Sequence record: JF912400.1
Source: Cronobacter phage ESP2949-1
Direction: 5' to 3' (one strand)
Length of the DNA stretch: 48,766 nucleotides
The translations under genes and the position numbers were made by a program. Under the pieces are notes generated by a model that worked only from the letters and a program-made list of their open reading frames with translations, was not told where the DNA came from and ran no database searches. Within the stretch, counting starts at the first letter, position 1, and every line of letters starts with the position of its first letter. Below, in pieces: positions 9,269-18,708 of this stretch.

Positions 9269-9760
9269 TTACACCTGCAAAAGCTGAACCTCTGCGAGCT
9301 TGATGCCCTTGAAGGTCGTCACGCTGCCGGTGTAGATCCAGCCGGTTTCGATGTTCGTTTGTTCTGCGCTGGTATTCGCCAGGCCGTTAACGTCGATCTT
9401 AAGCGGAGTGCCGTAAGCTTGCGCGGTGAGTGTTGCGTCGCTGGAACGCATCCAAACGCGGCCTTTCGTCATGACGTTAATGCCGCTGCCGGATTTGTAC
9501 ACCATGTTAGCGCCGGACGAATCGGTCTGGAAGTGAGAGCGGATGGCGATGCCGTAAGGCTTTTTGCCAGCCGCCATGCCGCGAATCAGCTTGTGGCCCA
9601 GCGGGTCAACGCTCGCGATCTGAACTGCAACGCCGACCAGGATATCCGCGTCGCCATCAACGACGCAAGCGCCATCAATGTTATATGCGGAAGTGTCGGA
9701 GACCTGGCCCGGAAGCGCAACGGCCATCTCGCTTTGATAGTAAGCCGGAATTTCTGCCAT
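9269..9760 (-). CDS. Capsid-region structural/decoration-like protein, paralogue 2
   Basis: 163 aa; DTSAYNIDGACVV..., GIAIRSHF, GRVWMRS, TGWIYTG; paralogous to 8713..9213. Confidence 0.65.
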   Translation of the reverse strand: MAEIPAYYQSEMAVALPGQVSDTSAYNIDGACVVDGDADILVGVAVQIASVDPLGHKLIRGMAAGKKPYGIAIRSHFQTDSSGANMVYKSGSGINVMTKGRVWMRSSDATLTAQAYGTPLKIDVNGLANTSAEQTNIETGWIYTGSVTTFKGIKLAEVQLLQV

Positions 9761-9817
9761 GATTGTTACCTCTTTTATTTTTGGAAGGTGGCGGCATGGC
9801 CGCCAGCCAATAGTTGA

Positions 9818-10936
9818 TTAAGCTTTCAGTTTAGCCAGCCGGCTTGCAGGGCGCGGGCCTGCTGAGTCGCCTTTCTCTTTCGACGCGTTCTGCTCAACAT
9901 CGCCTTTGATGGTGCGGCGCTGTTCAGCCATCGGATCGGCATCTTTCGCCAGATCGAACGCGGCGGAAATGTAGCTGTCGTCTTTCTGGCTAACGTCGCG
10001 ATTAGTGACAGCCTTAACAAAGGCGATCTTAATCTGCTTATCATCCAGACCATCGCACTTGACGCCAACGGCGCTTGCGATTTCTACCAGCTTGGAGCGC
10101 TCGGCGGCGTCGGCTTTTGCCTGATTTACTGCCGCTTCGATTTTGCTCGGAATTTGCTCAACCTGCAATTTCAGATTGTCGCGCTCAACTTCAAGAGTAG
10201 TGGCTTTCGCCTCCGCCGTCGCCGCGCGGCTCTGGATAGCTTCGATATGGCTCGCAACTTCCGGCGTTACCTCTACAGTTTCGCCGCTGTCAAGTTTGAT
10301 TTTTTTCATTTCGTCATCCTGTTTCAGTTTGGAAATAACCGGCTCATCATATGGAAAATCCTGGTTACTATCAAGATTTAATTTCGCAATACCGGCGCGA
10401 CCTTTAAAAACCATTGCCACATGATTAACCGTGATGTTGGTCTGCAATGCGTCGAACTTAACCCACCCATCCGGGATAAGCTGATCCTGCTTCATATCTT
10501 CTTCAAGAATGAACTCTCCAGTTTCGTTACTGCCCCATCCTGATTTTTCCACATCCTCCGAGGTGTAACCTACCGAAATTTCCGCAGTGCGCTTTGACTT
10601 TGCGCTCTCAATAGCGCGTCGGGAGTAGATGCAAAGCGGAACCTCAACGCCGATCCCATTCGGCAGACCTGCGCCATGACATGCTCCAACAACAACTTCC
10701 TCGGCGTTGTCCGGCGTGACAGTAACATGCCCCAGGGTTACAGGCTTGCCGGAAAAGCTCTGTAATGAATCGGCCTTGAAAACCTCCGACGCAGGGCGGA
10801 ACTCTCGGCGCTCGCCGTTTGGCGTCTGGTAAATCTGCAATCCGATTCGAGCGACGATTGGCCGATCCACAAGAAAACCGTTTTCGTCGATTTTGGCGCT
10901 AATCCGCGCAGAGTCGTAACGCTGCTTTGCTGTCAT
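9818..10936 (-). CDS. DUF2213-like prohead protease/scaffold region protein
   Basis: RISAKIDENGFLVDRPIVARIGLQIYQ...GKPVTLGH...; C-terminal coiled coil; start refined to ATG 10936 after GGAG. Confidence 0.75.
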   Translation of the reverse strand: MTAKQRYDSARISAKIDENGFLVDRPIVARIGLQIYQTPNGERREFRPASEVFKADSLQSFSGKPVTLGHVTVTPDNAEEVVVGACHGAGLPNGIGVEVPLCIYSRRAIESAKSKRTAEISVGYTSEDVEKSGWGSNETGEFILEEDMKQDQLIPDGWVKFDALQTNITVNHVAMVFKGRAGIAKLNLDSNQDFPYDEPVISKLKQDDEMKKIKLDSGETVEVTPEVASHIEAIQSRAATAEAKATTLEVERDNLKLQVEQIPSKIEAAVNQAKADAAERSKLVEIASAVGVKCDGLDDKQIKIAFVKAVTNRDVSQKDDSYISAAFDLAKDADPMAEQRRTIKGDVEQNASKEKGDSAGPRPASRLAKLKA

Positions 10937-10938
10937 TG

Positions 10939-11706
10939 CTAATTCTCCTGATTGGTTGAAAAGTCTGGCACCGCCCAGCATCTGCATCCGTATTCTTCAC
11001 CTGGAAATGGATGTATATCATCAAGGGATATTCTCTTTCCCTCCCATGAGACATGCTTGGGTCGTTCTCTGTCGTCCATGATACCACGCCAGAAATAGTG
11101 TGTAACTCCTGCATCTTGAAGTCGCTGCCGCATCAGTCTGCTATTCCACGCCCCAACGATTCCGGAAGCTCTGTTTTTAGCCCAGCCACGATACACGACA
11201 AATCTCTGCTCTGCCATCTCTCTGACCTGAGCGTCATTCTGGCTGCTGAAATTACCCTGCCTGATTTTTGATGACCAGTCAGCGATGATGTTGTCGAACA
11301 TCTTCCTTACTGACTGCTCTGCCATATCCTCCCACTGCCGCTGTAACTCATCCTCCCATGACTCGCGGTAATTATCACCAAGCGTCTGTAAAAGCCTGAC
11401 AGATAAATTATCTTTGCCACCGGCAGATATCGCCACCAAGATCCACTGCTTGCGGTTGAAACGGTATACCTGCAAGGCTAGAGCCGGAAGGGCGGCGACA
11501 ATGGCGCTGATTAACTGATCGGCCAAAGATTCAGCATCACTTTCTGCGGTGTTTATTTCCTCGCTTGTGGCATCGAACTTCATCGCTCGCGTGCGCTCCC
11601 TAAGACGCTTAACGAGATCCCTGACCCCCGATTGCAGCATGGTACTTAGCTGCCTTTCGCTGGAATCAGGGAATCGCCACTTTTTAGCGATTCCCTTAAT
11701 TATCAT
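10939..11706 (-). CDS. Phage Mu protein F-like minor head protein
   Basis: 255 aa; NRASGIVGAWNSRLMRQRLQDAGVTHYFWRGIMDDRERPKHVSWEGK...HPFPGEEYGCRCWA: diagnostic Mu-F motif. Confidence 0.88.
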   Translation of the reverse strand: MIIKGIAKKWRFPDSSERQLSTMLQSGVRDLVKRLRERTRAMKFDATSEEINTAESDAESLADQLISAIVAALPALALQVYRFNRKQWILVAISAGGKDNLSVRLLQTLGDNYRESWEDELQRQWEDMAEQSVRKMFDNIIADWSSKIRQGNFSSQNDAQVREMAEQRFVVYRGWAKNRASGIVGAWNSRLMRQRLQDAGVTHYFWRGIMDDRERPKHVSWEGKRISLDDIHPFPGEEYGCRCWAVPDFSTNQEN

Positions 11707-11708
11707 AG

Positions 11709-13001
11709 TTATTCCCCCATCTCAAGATCAGGCTCAGGCTCTACCGGATCTTCTTCTTCGTTTTCTTCAAAGGTTACGTTGTTGCTTTTGCTCAGCTTAA
11801 TCTGCGGTGCAATGGCGCGTATGGTGTCGCGCGCTTCATCAACCGTGATCATCTGCTCAGAAACAGCTTTGCCCAAGCTTTCAACATTCTTTCCGAGGAT
11901 TTCGGCATTATCTTTATCGCTCGGCTTACTCAGAGGGTTAAAGATAATTGACCAGTCTTTCTCCTGAACGATAAATGGCAGAAGGAACTCCAAAACCGGC
12001 AGGTAATCATCATTACGCTTGCGATCTACCAGCTTGTGAAACGTCTCAAGCGCGGTATTCTGGCTGGCGCTAACGCCGCCAGTGTTTTTGTTCTTGAGAA
12101 TAATTTCATGGATTCCAGACAGGGCAACAATGCGATCCATCTTCTCTTGAAGAATGGTCTGCACGCCGGAAACGTCAGAGTTGAGAACTACATAATCTTC
12201 ATCGTTGGCGTCGATACCAATTGCCCGGCCAACGCCGCTGTTATCGTCAACCTGAGCCAGTCGCAGGCGCGCCGCGCTCCTGCCGTCGTCGTCTTCGCAA
12301 AGTTGAGCAAGGTTTTGCGCTTTCCACACGGCCTGTTGTTTGCGGCGAAGGATTTCAGTTGCCAGCTTTTGACACTCGTTATAATCCTCAATGGCCTCTA
12401 CGAGTCTCTTAGTTAAAACCGATGCCCCCCAGCCGTCATTTTTCTTGCGCTCCCCGTTTGGAAGTCGCTCGCCGTCAATGAGATGCACGCGGGTATAGTG
12501 AACATCATAATCAGTCACCTCACCGCCAGGCATCACAGTATAAATTTCAGGCTCACCGTAACGCATGGATCTGGCGTTGGTTACTCGGCTTTTAACCTTA
12601 ATTTGAGTACGGTCATAAACTCGGATGCCCTCAATGCGTTTTGCGCCAGGTACGGCGGGAGACGTAAGCGCTCGACGGTCATTAATGAGCGCCACGATGG
12701 CCGCGCCGCCGAAAAGGCGAGACCAGCAAAGAGCGTCAGTGATTTGCTGCTCTACCCGGATCTCATCCCAATAAGAACGAAAATCGTCCTCATCGCCAAC
12801 GCCGTCGATCTGGAAGCCTGCCGAAATCATTTCTTCCGGCACCACATCTACAATGCGACGGGCAATGTCATCTTCCGCGTATAATTTTGATAACGTGCTG
12901 CCCTGCAAGAGTGGCGAAATAACGGCTAAACCCTTTCGTCCATCACCGCCCTTAAACGTGGATTCATAGGAATCCTCTTTAACCAATTCTGGCTTTGACA
13001 T
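11709..13001 (-). CDS. Portal protein (DUF1073-like)
   Basis: Portal synteny; DDIARRIVDVVPEEMISAGFQI..., LCWSRLFGGAAIVAL...; start MSKPEL. Confidence 0.88.
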   Translation of the reverse strand: MSKPELVKEDSYESTFKGGDGRKGLAVISPLLQGSTLSKLYAEDDIARRIVDVVPEEMISAGFQIDGVGDEDDFRSYWDEIRVEQQITDALCWSRLFGGAAIVALINDRRALTSPAVPGAKRIEGIRVYDRTQIKVKSRVTNARSMRYGEPEIYTVMPGGEVTDYDVHYTRVHLIDGERLPNGERKKNDGWGASVLTKRLVEAIEDYNECQKLATEILRRKQQAVWKAQNLAQLCEDDDGRSAARLRLAQVDDNSGVGRAIGIDANDEDYVVLNSDVSGVQTILQEKMDRIVALSGIHEIILKNKNTGGVSASQNTALETFHKLVDRKRNDDYLPVLEFLLPFIVQEKDWSIIFNPLSKPSDKDNAEILGKNVESLGKAVSEQMITVDEARDTIRAIAPQIKLSKSNNVTFEENEEEDPVEPEPDLEMGE

Positions 13002-13011
13002 AATAAACTCC

Positions 13012-13039
13012 AAAAAAAATGGGCCATAGGTGGCCCATT
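13012..13039 (-). terminator. Rho-independent terminator between terL and portal
   Basis: AATGGGCC-acctat-GGCCCATTTTTTTT. Confidence 0.85.
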
Positions 13040-13044
13040 ATACG

Positions 13045-14613
13045 TCAAGACTTGATACCAGCAAGGCGTTTCATTCTCGTAACAGCATCGTTCCCGATGT
13101 TCAACTCAATATTAACCACGTCAACGATGTTATCGACAATATCATCGTGTGGGTGTGAGTCGTCGGCGGTGAATGCAGCGACTTCGGCCTGGATTTCCTC
13201 AAGCATCGGGTGGTTGTCAGGCAGCAACACGCGCCCAGCTTTCATCACTGGCGCGGCGTCCATAGCACGCACTACTTTGTCGGTGTCTCGCTGAACGGGA
13301 ATTATCTCAACCGGCACCTTTTTGGATGCCCCCTGGATTAAACCCGTACCGCTCGCTTTATCCTCCACCAGAATTTTTCTCAGTGAGCCGATCTGCTTGC
13401 CGTTACGGTAGCATTCCTTTGCGAATGCCACGAAATTCGTTTCCAGATCTGGTGCTTCCCACTTGCCTCGCCTGCCGTCGATAAAATAGGCTTTCTCTTT
13501 GTAGATGCCCCAATGAACAAATACCGAATAGTCGTTTTGCTCTGCTGTCTTTTGGGCTGTATCCGCAGTTATGACGGTATACTCAAATCGCTCTGGCGCT
13601 GTCGCCGTTGCGCGCGACGTGTTCCCGTATAGCGGCATCCATTCTGATTTGAGCAAGTTTCCACCCAAAGCAAAAGGCTTCTGCTGATACTGCGAGCAAA
13701 ACGTATACGGATCGGCAAGGTACATAGCATAAAGCGCCTGCGCGCTCTCTTTCGAGGGCCAAAACGAATAATGCTTCACGCCGTCTATTATCACTGGCTC
13801 GCTGGTCAACACATCTTTATCAAACTGCGGCTTTAACCAGTCAGGAAGCGACTCGCGATATTCCTCCGTAACCAGCGCAGGAATGCTAACCACTTCAAAC
13901 TCAATGCCGCCCATACCGCCGTTAGTCAGGAACCAGGTCGAATCGTTAACATGTAGCCTTTGCTGAACAACAACGCAAGGCGTCGTATCTTTCATTCTAC
14001 GGGATCGGACGGTGTTCTTTAACAGCATATGCGCCGCCGTTCGCTTGACGCTTGACAGCATATCCGATGGTTTATCCGGGTCGTCAAGCATCAGCATTCC
14101 GGTAAAGCCGTCATCCATGTACCCGCCGCGCAGACCTGTAACCTGTCCGCCGATAGAACGAGACGCCATAGACAGCCACGTTTTACCGGCAGGGTTGAGA
14201 ACGGCAATATCTTTTGCGCTCGCTCTCGCCAGCTTGCTCGGCCATAACGTGCGGAATGGCTCAGATCCGACAATCTCCCGTACTCGATGACTGTTTTGCT
14301 GAACAAGACCATCAGAGAATGACAGGTTAAGATTTCGAACCTTCCCGCTCTGCTGCATGGCATAAACCGGCGCGTGGATAGAGAACAACTCAGTTTTGCC
14401 GGAGCCTGGCGGGATATTGAAAATCACGTTCTGAACCTCGCCCCTGATAATGCGTTCCATTTCATAGCATAAAAGCGAAAAGTGCCAATTGGTCAGGAAG
14501 CGCTGCCCCTGTATAAGCTGATACCAGATCTGAATCATCTTCTCGAATGACTGCTCGCTTATCTCTTTTATTGCCCGCTTCTCGGCTGGCGTCAGTTCTT
14601 CCCAAATCAACAT
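13045..14613 (-). CDS. Terminase large subunit
   Basis: 522 aa; NVIFNIPPGSGKTELFS Walker A; HDDIVDNIVDVV nuclease-domain signature. Confidence 0.95.
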   Translation of the reverse strand: MLIWEELTPAEKRAIKEISEQSFEKMIQIWYQLIQGQRFLTNWHFSLLCYEMERIIRGEVQNVIFNIPPGSGKTELFSIHAPVYAMQQSGKVRNLNLSFSDGLVQQNSHRVREIVGSEPFRTLWPSKLARASAKDIAVLNPAGKTWLSMASRSIGGQVTGLRGGYMDDGFTGMLMLDDPDKPSDMLSSVKRTAAHMLLKNTVRSRRMKDTTPCVVVQQRLHVNDSTWFLTNGGMGGIEFEVVSIPALVTEEYRESLPDWLKPQFDKDVLTSEPVIIDGVKHYSFWPSKESAQALYAMYLADPYTFCSQYQQKPFALGGNLLKSEWMPLYGNTSRATATAPERFEYTVITADTAQKTAEQNDYSVFVHWGIYKEKAYFIDGRRGKWEAPDLETNFVAFAKECYRNGKQIGSLRKILVEDKASGTGLIQGASKKVPVEIIPVQRDTDKVVRAMDAAPVMKAGRVLLPDNHPMLEEIQAEVAAFTADDSHPHDDIVDNIVDVVNIELNIGNDAVTRMKRLAGIKS

Positions 14614-15128
14614 TAAAGCTTCTCCAGTACAGATTTAACGGCGCTGCGAACCTCATCAGCTTTGACGCTATCAATCGCCTCGCTTTCGCTGGTGGAAACT
14701 TCACTTTCGGATGATGAAGTCATACCCAGGTCTCGCATGATGAATCCAGTGTTTACCATTCCGTTAGCAGCAAGCTGAAATTTCTGCTCATGGATCACAG
14801 CGTCAACGAAAGCCATTACGTCACTGAATCCGTCTTTCTTTCGCCATTCCAGGAGCCGCTTTTCATTAAAACCGGTAAAAAGACAAAAGCCTTTGGCGGT
14901 AAACACGCGAGGCTTCGCCACCTCTGTCTGGTATACGTGACCCTGGAATGATGCCGTTTCACCAGCGCGAATATACTGTTCCTCTGCCCACTTGAAGTAT
15001 TTCACGGCAAAGTTAAATAATTCCTCCGGAGTGATCTGGTTGTCTTTGTTCATTCTGGCGATATCACCGTATTTCTTATTGTACAGATCGCGCATGTTGT
15101 ATACCGGCATACCGTTTTTATCTTTCAT
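14613..15128 (-). CDS. Terminase small subunit / DNA-packaging gp3-like
   Basis: 171 aa; FTAKGFCLFTGFNEKRLLEWRKKDGFSDVMAFVDAVIHEQKF; ATG/TAA overlap with TerL. Confidence 0.8.
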   Translation of the reverse strand: MKDKNGMPVYNMRDLYNKKYGDIARMNKDNQITPEELFNFAVKYFKWAEEQYIRAGETASFQGHVYQTEVAKPRVFTAKGFCLFTGFNEKRLLEWRKKDGFSDVMAFVDAVIHEQKFQLAANGMVNTGFIMRDLGMTSSSESEVSTSESEAIDSVKADEVRSAVKSVLEKL

Positions 15129-15159
15129 AGGTCAAATCCTCCTTTCTTCATGGGGTCGG

Positions 15160-15168
15160 ATTATAACA
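15160..15168 (-). promoter_or_regulatory. Extended -10 promoter for packaging/structural block
   Basis: Minus strand TGTTATAAT (TGnTATAAT), 5' of terS RBS; poor -35. Confidence 0.6.
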
Positions 15169-15181
15169 GAATGCAGGCAAT

Positions 15182-15205
15182 AAAAAACCGCCTCAATGGG
15201 CGGTT
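15182..15205 (-). terminator. Rho-independent terminator upstream of terS
   Basis: AACCGCC-cattga-GGCGGTTTTTTA. Confidence 0.85.
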
Positions 15206-15222
15206 AGTTTTCGGCGTGTCCG

Positions 15223-15471
15223 TCAGTCAACATACTTGACTTGAGAACTACCGGTTTTGATGGCGTCATGCAACTTGGCGGAAATCATCAGGTATTGCCC
15301 CTTGACTCGCCATAGATTTCGTTTCGGGTTGAACGATGCCGACGCGTAAAGGTTTTTCTTCACCATATATCGCAATGCGAAATGCCCAGCGACAGAGATG
15401 GCAAAGATGCCAACCGCGAAGCCCAGGAAGAAAATAGTCCACGCTGAAAAGCTATTGATAAACTCGATCAT
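15223..15471 (-). CDS. Small membrane protein
   Basis: 82 aa with N-terminal TM segment. Confidence 0.55.
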   Translation of the reverse strand: MIEFINSFSAWTIFFLGFAVGIFAISVAGHFALRYMVKKNLYASASFNPKRNLWRVKGQYLMISAKLHDAIKTGSSQVKYVD

Positions 15472-15654
15472 TTACATCTCCTTAATTGAAAGTATGGAAA
15501 ACTTGTGAGTCTCAGGATCAGCTTTGCTTTTCGCCTTAGCTTCTGCTACCGCTTCCTCAGCGCCGCTTGCCTGTACGGTTGTTTCAAAAATCTGACTGCA
15601 TGACCGGCAGGCCCGGCCCATAAGCATTATCTTAAGTCGCACATTAAACGTCAT
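15472..15654 (-). CDS. Hypothetical 60-aa protein with CxxC (GRACRSCSQIF)
   Basis: ORF adjacent to 15471; single CxxC only. Confidence 0.45.
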   Translation of the reverse strand: MTFNVRLKIMLMGRACRSCSQIFETTVQASGAEEAVAEAKAKSKADPETHKFSILSIKEM

Positions 15655-16033
15655 GTTCGCCTCTGAATGGTTTGTTGCCCATTATTAATCACACCGGGCC
15701 AGTGCGCCGAATTTGGTAGCAGGGAGTCGGAAGATCCCGTGATTTAAGGCTGTTACGCCGCCATCAACATCAGATCATCGTTTGCATTTACTTTTATGGT
15801 CGGTTTCTAAAAACCCGCAAAGTCGCTAACGTGACGAAAACTGGATAGGGCACTTACATGGTTAACGAAAGTAAAATACATCGCCCAAATGCCCTTTCCG
15901 GTTTGTGCCGGTCTTTCCCGGCTGTCATGGTGCGGCTATCGCGCCGCGCGTTGCTCAGGTTGAGCCTCTTATGTAAAGGAGTCCAGCTTAAGCGCATGAA
16001 TTTCATAAGTCAACCGTTCAGATGGCGATTGCT

Positions 16034-16273
16034 CTATTCGTAATCATACGCCGTTCCAAACCGGCCATTTAGATAGCCGCAAATCCAAATGAACTTCGTG
16101 CGCGTTACCTTGCCATCAGTAATCAGATGTACCGGCTCGAAATGCTTTGTGATTATCGACCCAGCAACCTCATCATACTTCTTTCCCTTCTGGATCTGGC
16201 TCTTTATCTCGGCGCTGCATTTTTTGGCCGCTGCCTTTGCGGCGTTGTAGTGCGGCTCGCTCAAACCTAACAT
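16034..16273 (-). CDS. Hypothetical early protein
   Basis: 79 aa in a compact operon. Confidence 0.6.
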   Translation of the reverse strand: MLGLSEPHYNAAKAAAKKCSAEIKSQIQKGKKYDEVAGSIITKHFEPVHLITDGKVTRTKFIWICGYLNGRFGTAYDYE

Positions 16274-16282
16274 CTTGCCTCC

Positions 16283-16552
16283 TTAAAACGGAAGTTCTTC
16301 AACATATTCCCACATAACCCACGAACCGCGCTTAATCCCGATCTCAATAATCACGGCGCGGCCATCACGAGAGCGAGAGAAGGAACCCATTAACGTGAAA
16401 TTGCCATCGTGGATCTCAATGTTTTGAGGTTTAAAGGCAATATCTTTGCTATAGAACTCCGGGTTGCTAACATCATCCCCGAGATTCTGGTCGTGAACCC
16501 CCACCAGGCGAGCGCCAAGAGGCATACATTCAATTTTACCCATGATACACAT
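16283..16552 (-). CDS. Hypothetical early protein
   Basis: 89 aa. Confidence 0.6.
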   Translation of the reverse strand: MCIMGKIECMPLGARLVGVHDQNLGDDVSNPEFYSKDIAFKPQNIEIHDGNFTLMGSFSRSRDGRAVIIEIGIKRGSWVMWEYVEELPF

Positions 16553-16612
16553 ACAATCACACCTCTTTAAAATGCGCCATCCACAGGCGCGATTTGGTGG
16601 CTTAAAATTAAC

Positions 16613-16810
16613 TCAAAAACGCGTTGTTTTTGAATCCTGCGCAGTAATCTCGACAACATCATCCGCGAAGTAAATCCGACCGCCTAAAAGTTGAAAGTTC
16701 ATCATGCCTTTTTCGCGGGATTCTTCGCTGTCTGCCGAGTAGACTACGCGGCGGATGTGGCTATTGTTACCACTGCCGATCCGGTATTCGTGAATGAGCG
16801 CCTTTTTCAT
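16613..16810 (-). CDS. Hypothetical early protein
   Basis: MKKALIHEYRIGSGNNSHIRR..; start refined, ATGA-type overlap with the upstream gene. Confidence 0.6.
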   Translation of the reverse strand: MKKALIHEYRIGSGNNSHIRRVVYSADSEESREKGMMNFQLLGGRIYFADDVVEITAQDSKTTRF

Positions 16811-17034
16811 GCCTTCACCACCTGGCGCTCGCGCCATTCTTCAATGCGACGATTTAGAGCGCCGCTCTCATAAAACCATACGGAAGTTTCAGCCGCGTTA
16901 GTTGGTGAAGGATGTGCCTGGTGCTGCACCTGACGAACAACTTCATCTGCCACATCTCGATCCAGCTTGTCGCCGGTGAGCGCTGAAGAAAGCAGGCTCA
17001 TGGCCTGCTCTTTGGTAAGGTTAACCGTGAACAT
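16807..17034 (-). CDS. Hypothetical early protein
   Basis: MFTVNLTKEQAMSLLSSALTGDKLDRDVADEVVRQV...; start refined. Confidence 0.6.
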   Translation of the reverse strand: MFTVNLTKEQAMSLLSSALTGDKLDRDVADEVVRQVQHQAHPSPTNAAETSVWFYESGALNRRIEEWRERQVVKA

Positions 17035-17230
17035 ACATTTCCTCTGATTCAAAGGTGATGCGCGGGCCGCGCGCTGCGATAACAAAGTCAGGGCTGTATT
17101 TGTCAATTACAACCTCAACCGTGTAACCATCATCAGCCAGCAGGTAATCAACATCGCCGCGAACCAGTTCGAAACGGTCGCCTGCTTTGATTTCGCCGTA
17201 AGATGAAGTAGCGATAAAGATATTTGACAT
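17021..17230 (-). CDS. Hypothetical early protein
   Basis: 69 aa, preceded by a TAGCA-dyad promoter cassette. Confidence 0.65.
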   Translation of the reverse strand: MSNIFIATSSYGEIKAGDRFELVRGDVDYLLADDGYTVEVVIDKYSPDFVIAARGPRITFESEEMYVHG

Positions 17231-17261
17231 TTTGAAGCCCTCATTTGTTTTCGATGAGATG

Positions 17262-17304
17262 ATTATGCCCGAAAATGGCCGGGCATGTTTAGCAATTCGT
17301 GCTA
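17262..17304 (-). promoter_or_regulatory. TAGCA-dyad promoter cassette
   Basis: TAGCA-CGAAT-TGCTA, TAAACA, 18 bp, CATAAT. Confidence 0.7.
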
Positions 17305-17517
17305 CTTGTCAAGCGATGCCAAAGCTTCTGCGTAGTCGGAGTTTTTGTTGTCGCCAATATAGGCGATATCAATTTCAAATTTTGCTCTTAGAAGGTCATC
17401 TACGCCAACTTCGCATTCGCTCCTGATTGAGAGCGGCATGGCATTATCCTCATCCAGCTTGTCGGCGATAGAGCGCAGCATCGCGGCCAGGTTTTGTTTT
17501 TTACCAAAATCAAACAT
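17302..17517 (-). CDS. Hypothetical early protein
   Basis: 71 aa, preceded by a cassette; its TAG stop lies in the next cassette. Confidence 0.65.
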   Translation of the reverse strand: MFDFGKKQNLAAMLRSIADKLDEDNAMPLSIRSECEVGVDDLLRAKFEIDIAYIGDNKNSDYAEALASLDK

Positions 17518-17547
17518 TTCATTCTCCTCATTGGTTGGTGTGAAACA

Positions 17548-17590
17548 ATAATGCCCGACTTTCGCCGGGCATGTTTAGCAATTCGTGCGT
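17548..17590 (-). promoter_or_regulatory. TAGCA-dyad promoter cassette
   Basis: ACGCA-CGAAT-TGCTA, TAAACA, 18 bp, CATTAT. Confidence 0.65.
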
Positions 17591-17591
17591 T

Positions 17592-17774
17592 TTATAAAAT
17601 AAGCTGAATGGCGACAAACAAAACCTGTACCGCAATGATGCCGTTAAAGAAGGCAACAACCTTTCTGTCACTGGCGGGGATTTTCCATGCGTTGCACTTG
17701 AGGTAAAAAAACCACACAACAGCCCACAATGAGATCATGAAGATAAGTTTTAAAATTATTTCTTCATGCGTCAT
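17592..17774 (-). CDS. Small membrane protein
   Basis: 60 aa, two hydrophobic segments; ATGA overlap with upstream gene. Confidence 0.6.
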   Translation of the reverse strand: MTHEEIILKLIFMISLWAVVWFFYLKCNAWKIPASDRKVVAFFNGIIAVQVLFVAIQLIL

Positions 17775-18358
17775 GACAAGTCAGCCTCCGCCTTTTTAAT
17801 TGCCAGGTCTGCCAGGCTGCGCAGGATGATAGCCATCTCAACGATGCCGTAATTCTCATCACTGCACATGCGCATCGCGGATCGGATTCGCGCCAGCAAT
17901 TGCTCATAGTCGCTCTTGACCTGTTCTGTCTTTTCAGCCGCCGCTTTCAATTCGGCCTTGTGGGCAGACTTCATTTCGTCAATTGCTTCGCAGTAGGAGA
18001 ATATGCGATCTTTCAGGTCTGCAATCTCGCCCAGGAGTTCTTTTTCGCGGGAGTCTGCCGAAACGTTGGCGGTAGTAATCTCGCAGCCAAGAGGAGTCGC
18101 ACCATTAATCACCATCTGCGCGCTCTTGCACATATAGAAACCGTGCCCGACCTTTTCGGTTTCCTCGACCAGGTTAAAAACGCCATCATGCAGTCTGCAT
18201 GAACTCACACCATCAACCCGAACGACAACATCAACGCCCTTGTCATTTTCCACCAGGACACGATGCCGACCGTAATGGTTAATGCAATCGTCTTTGACCA
18301 GGTACTTTTTGCCAGCGATAAAACCGCGACCGTGAGAAGTTGGAATAACATATTTCAT
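17771..18358 (-). CDS. Hypothetical protein with C-terminal coiled coil
   Basis: 195 aa. Confidence 0.65.
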   Translation of the reverse strand: MKYVIPTSHGRGFIAGKKYLVKDDCINHYGRHRVLVENDKGVDVVVRVDGVSSCRLHDGVFNLVEETEKVGHGFYMCKSAQMVINGATPLGCEITTANVSADSREKELLGEIADLKDRIFSYCEAIDEMKSAHKAELKAAAEKTEQVKSDYEQLLARIRSAMRMCSDENYGIVEMAIILRSLADLAIKKAEADLS

Positions 18359-18367
18359 GATTTATCC

Positions 18368-18628
18368 TTACCAGCAGTTGATTTCTTCATTGACGAAATC
18401 GTCAACCATTTCTTGAGTGATTTCTCTGTCACGCCAATCCTCTGGCATATCCACCAGTAATTCAGAACGCTTGTCATTGCTGAAATAAAGACCGGCAGCA
18501 ATGCGGCCCCATGCGCGTGCGCTCTTGTAACCGCAACGGCGTAAAGTGTTCGGGTTGGTTTTGCTGTCACTGAATGCGCGCGCCTCTTTCTGGAAAGCGC
18601 GAATCATCATTTTGCGTAAGCTTTTCAT
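18368..18628 (-). CDS. Hypothetical early protein
   Basis: MKSLRKMMIRAFQKEARAFSDSKTNPNTLRRCGYKSARAWGRIAAGLYF; start refined from 18766. Confidence 0.6.
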   Translation of the reverse strand: MKSLRKMMIRAFQKEARAFSDSKTNPNTLRRCGYKSARAWGRIAAGLYFSNDKRSELLVDMPEDWRDREITQEMVDDFVNEEINCW

Positions 18629-18665
18629 GATGCCTCTGATTGGTTGGTTGAGAATCAATAAAGGC

Positions 18666-18708
18666 ACTCTATCAGAATGCCTTTGCGGATTTTTACCAAT
18701 TAGTGCTA
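18666..18708 (-). promoter_or_regulatory. TAGCA-dyad promoter cassette
   Basis: TAGCA-CTAAT-TGGTA, TAAAAA, 18 bp, TAGAGT. Confidence 0.55.

Noticed and set aside
15700-15770. Possible tRNA-like segment (GCGCCGAATTTGGTAGCAGGGAGTCGGAAGATCCC)
   Set aside because: Could not form acceptor, D, anticodon and T arms with a TTCGAnTC loop.
15858-16043. 61-aa plus-strand ORF in the 370-bp gap
   Set aside because: Isolated against the operon direction, no clear RBS or motif; left as unproven.
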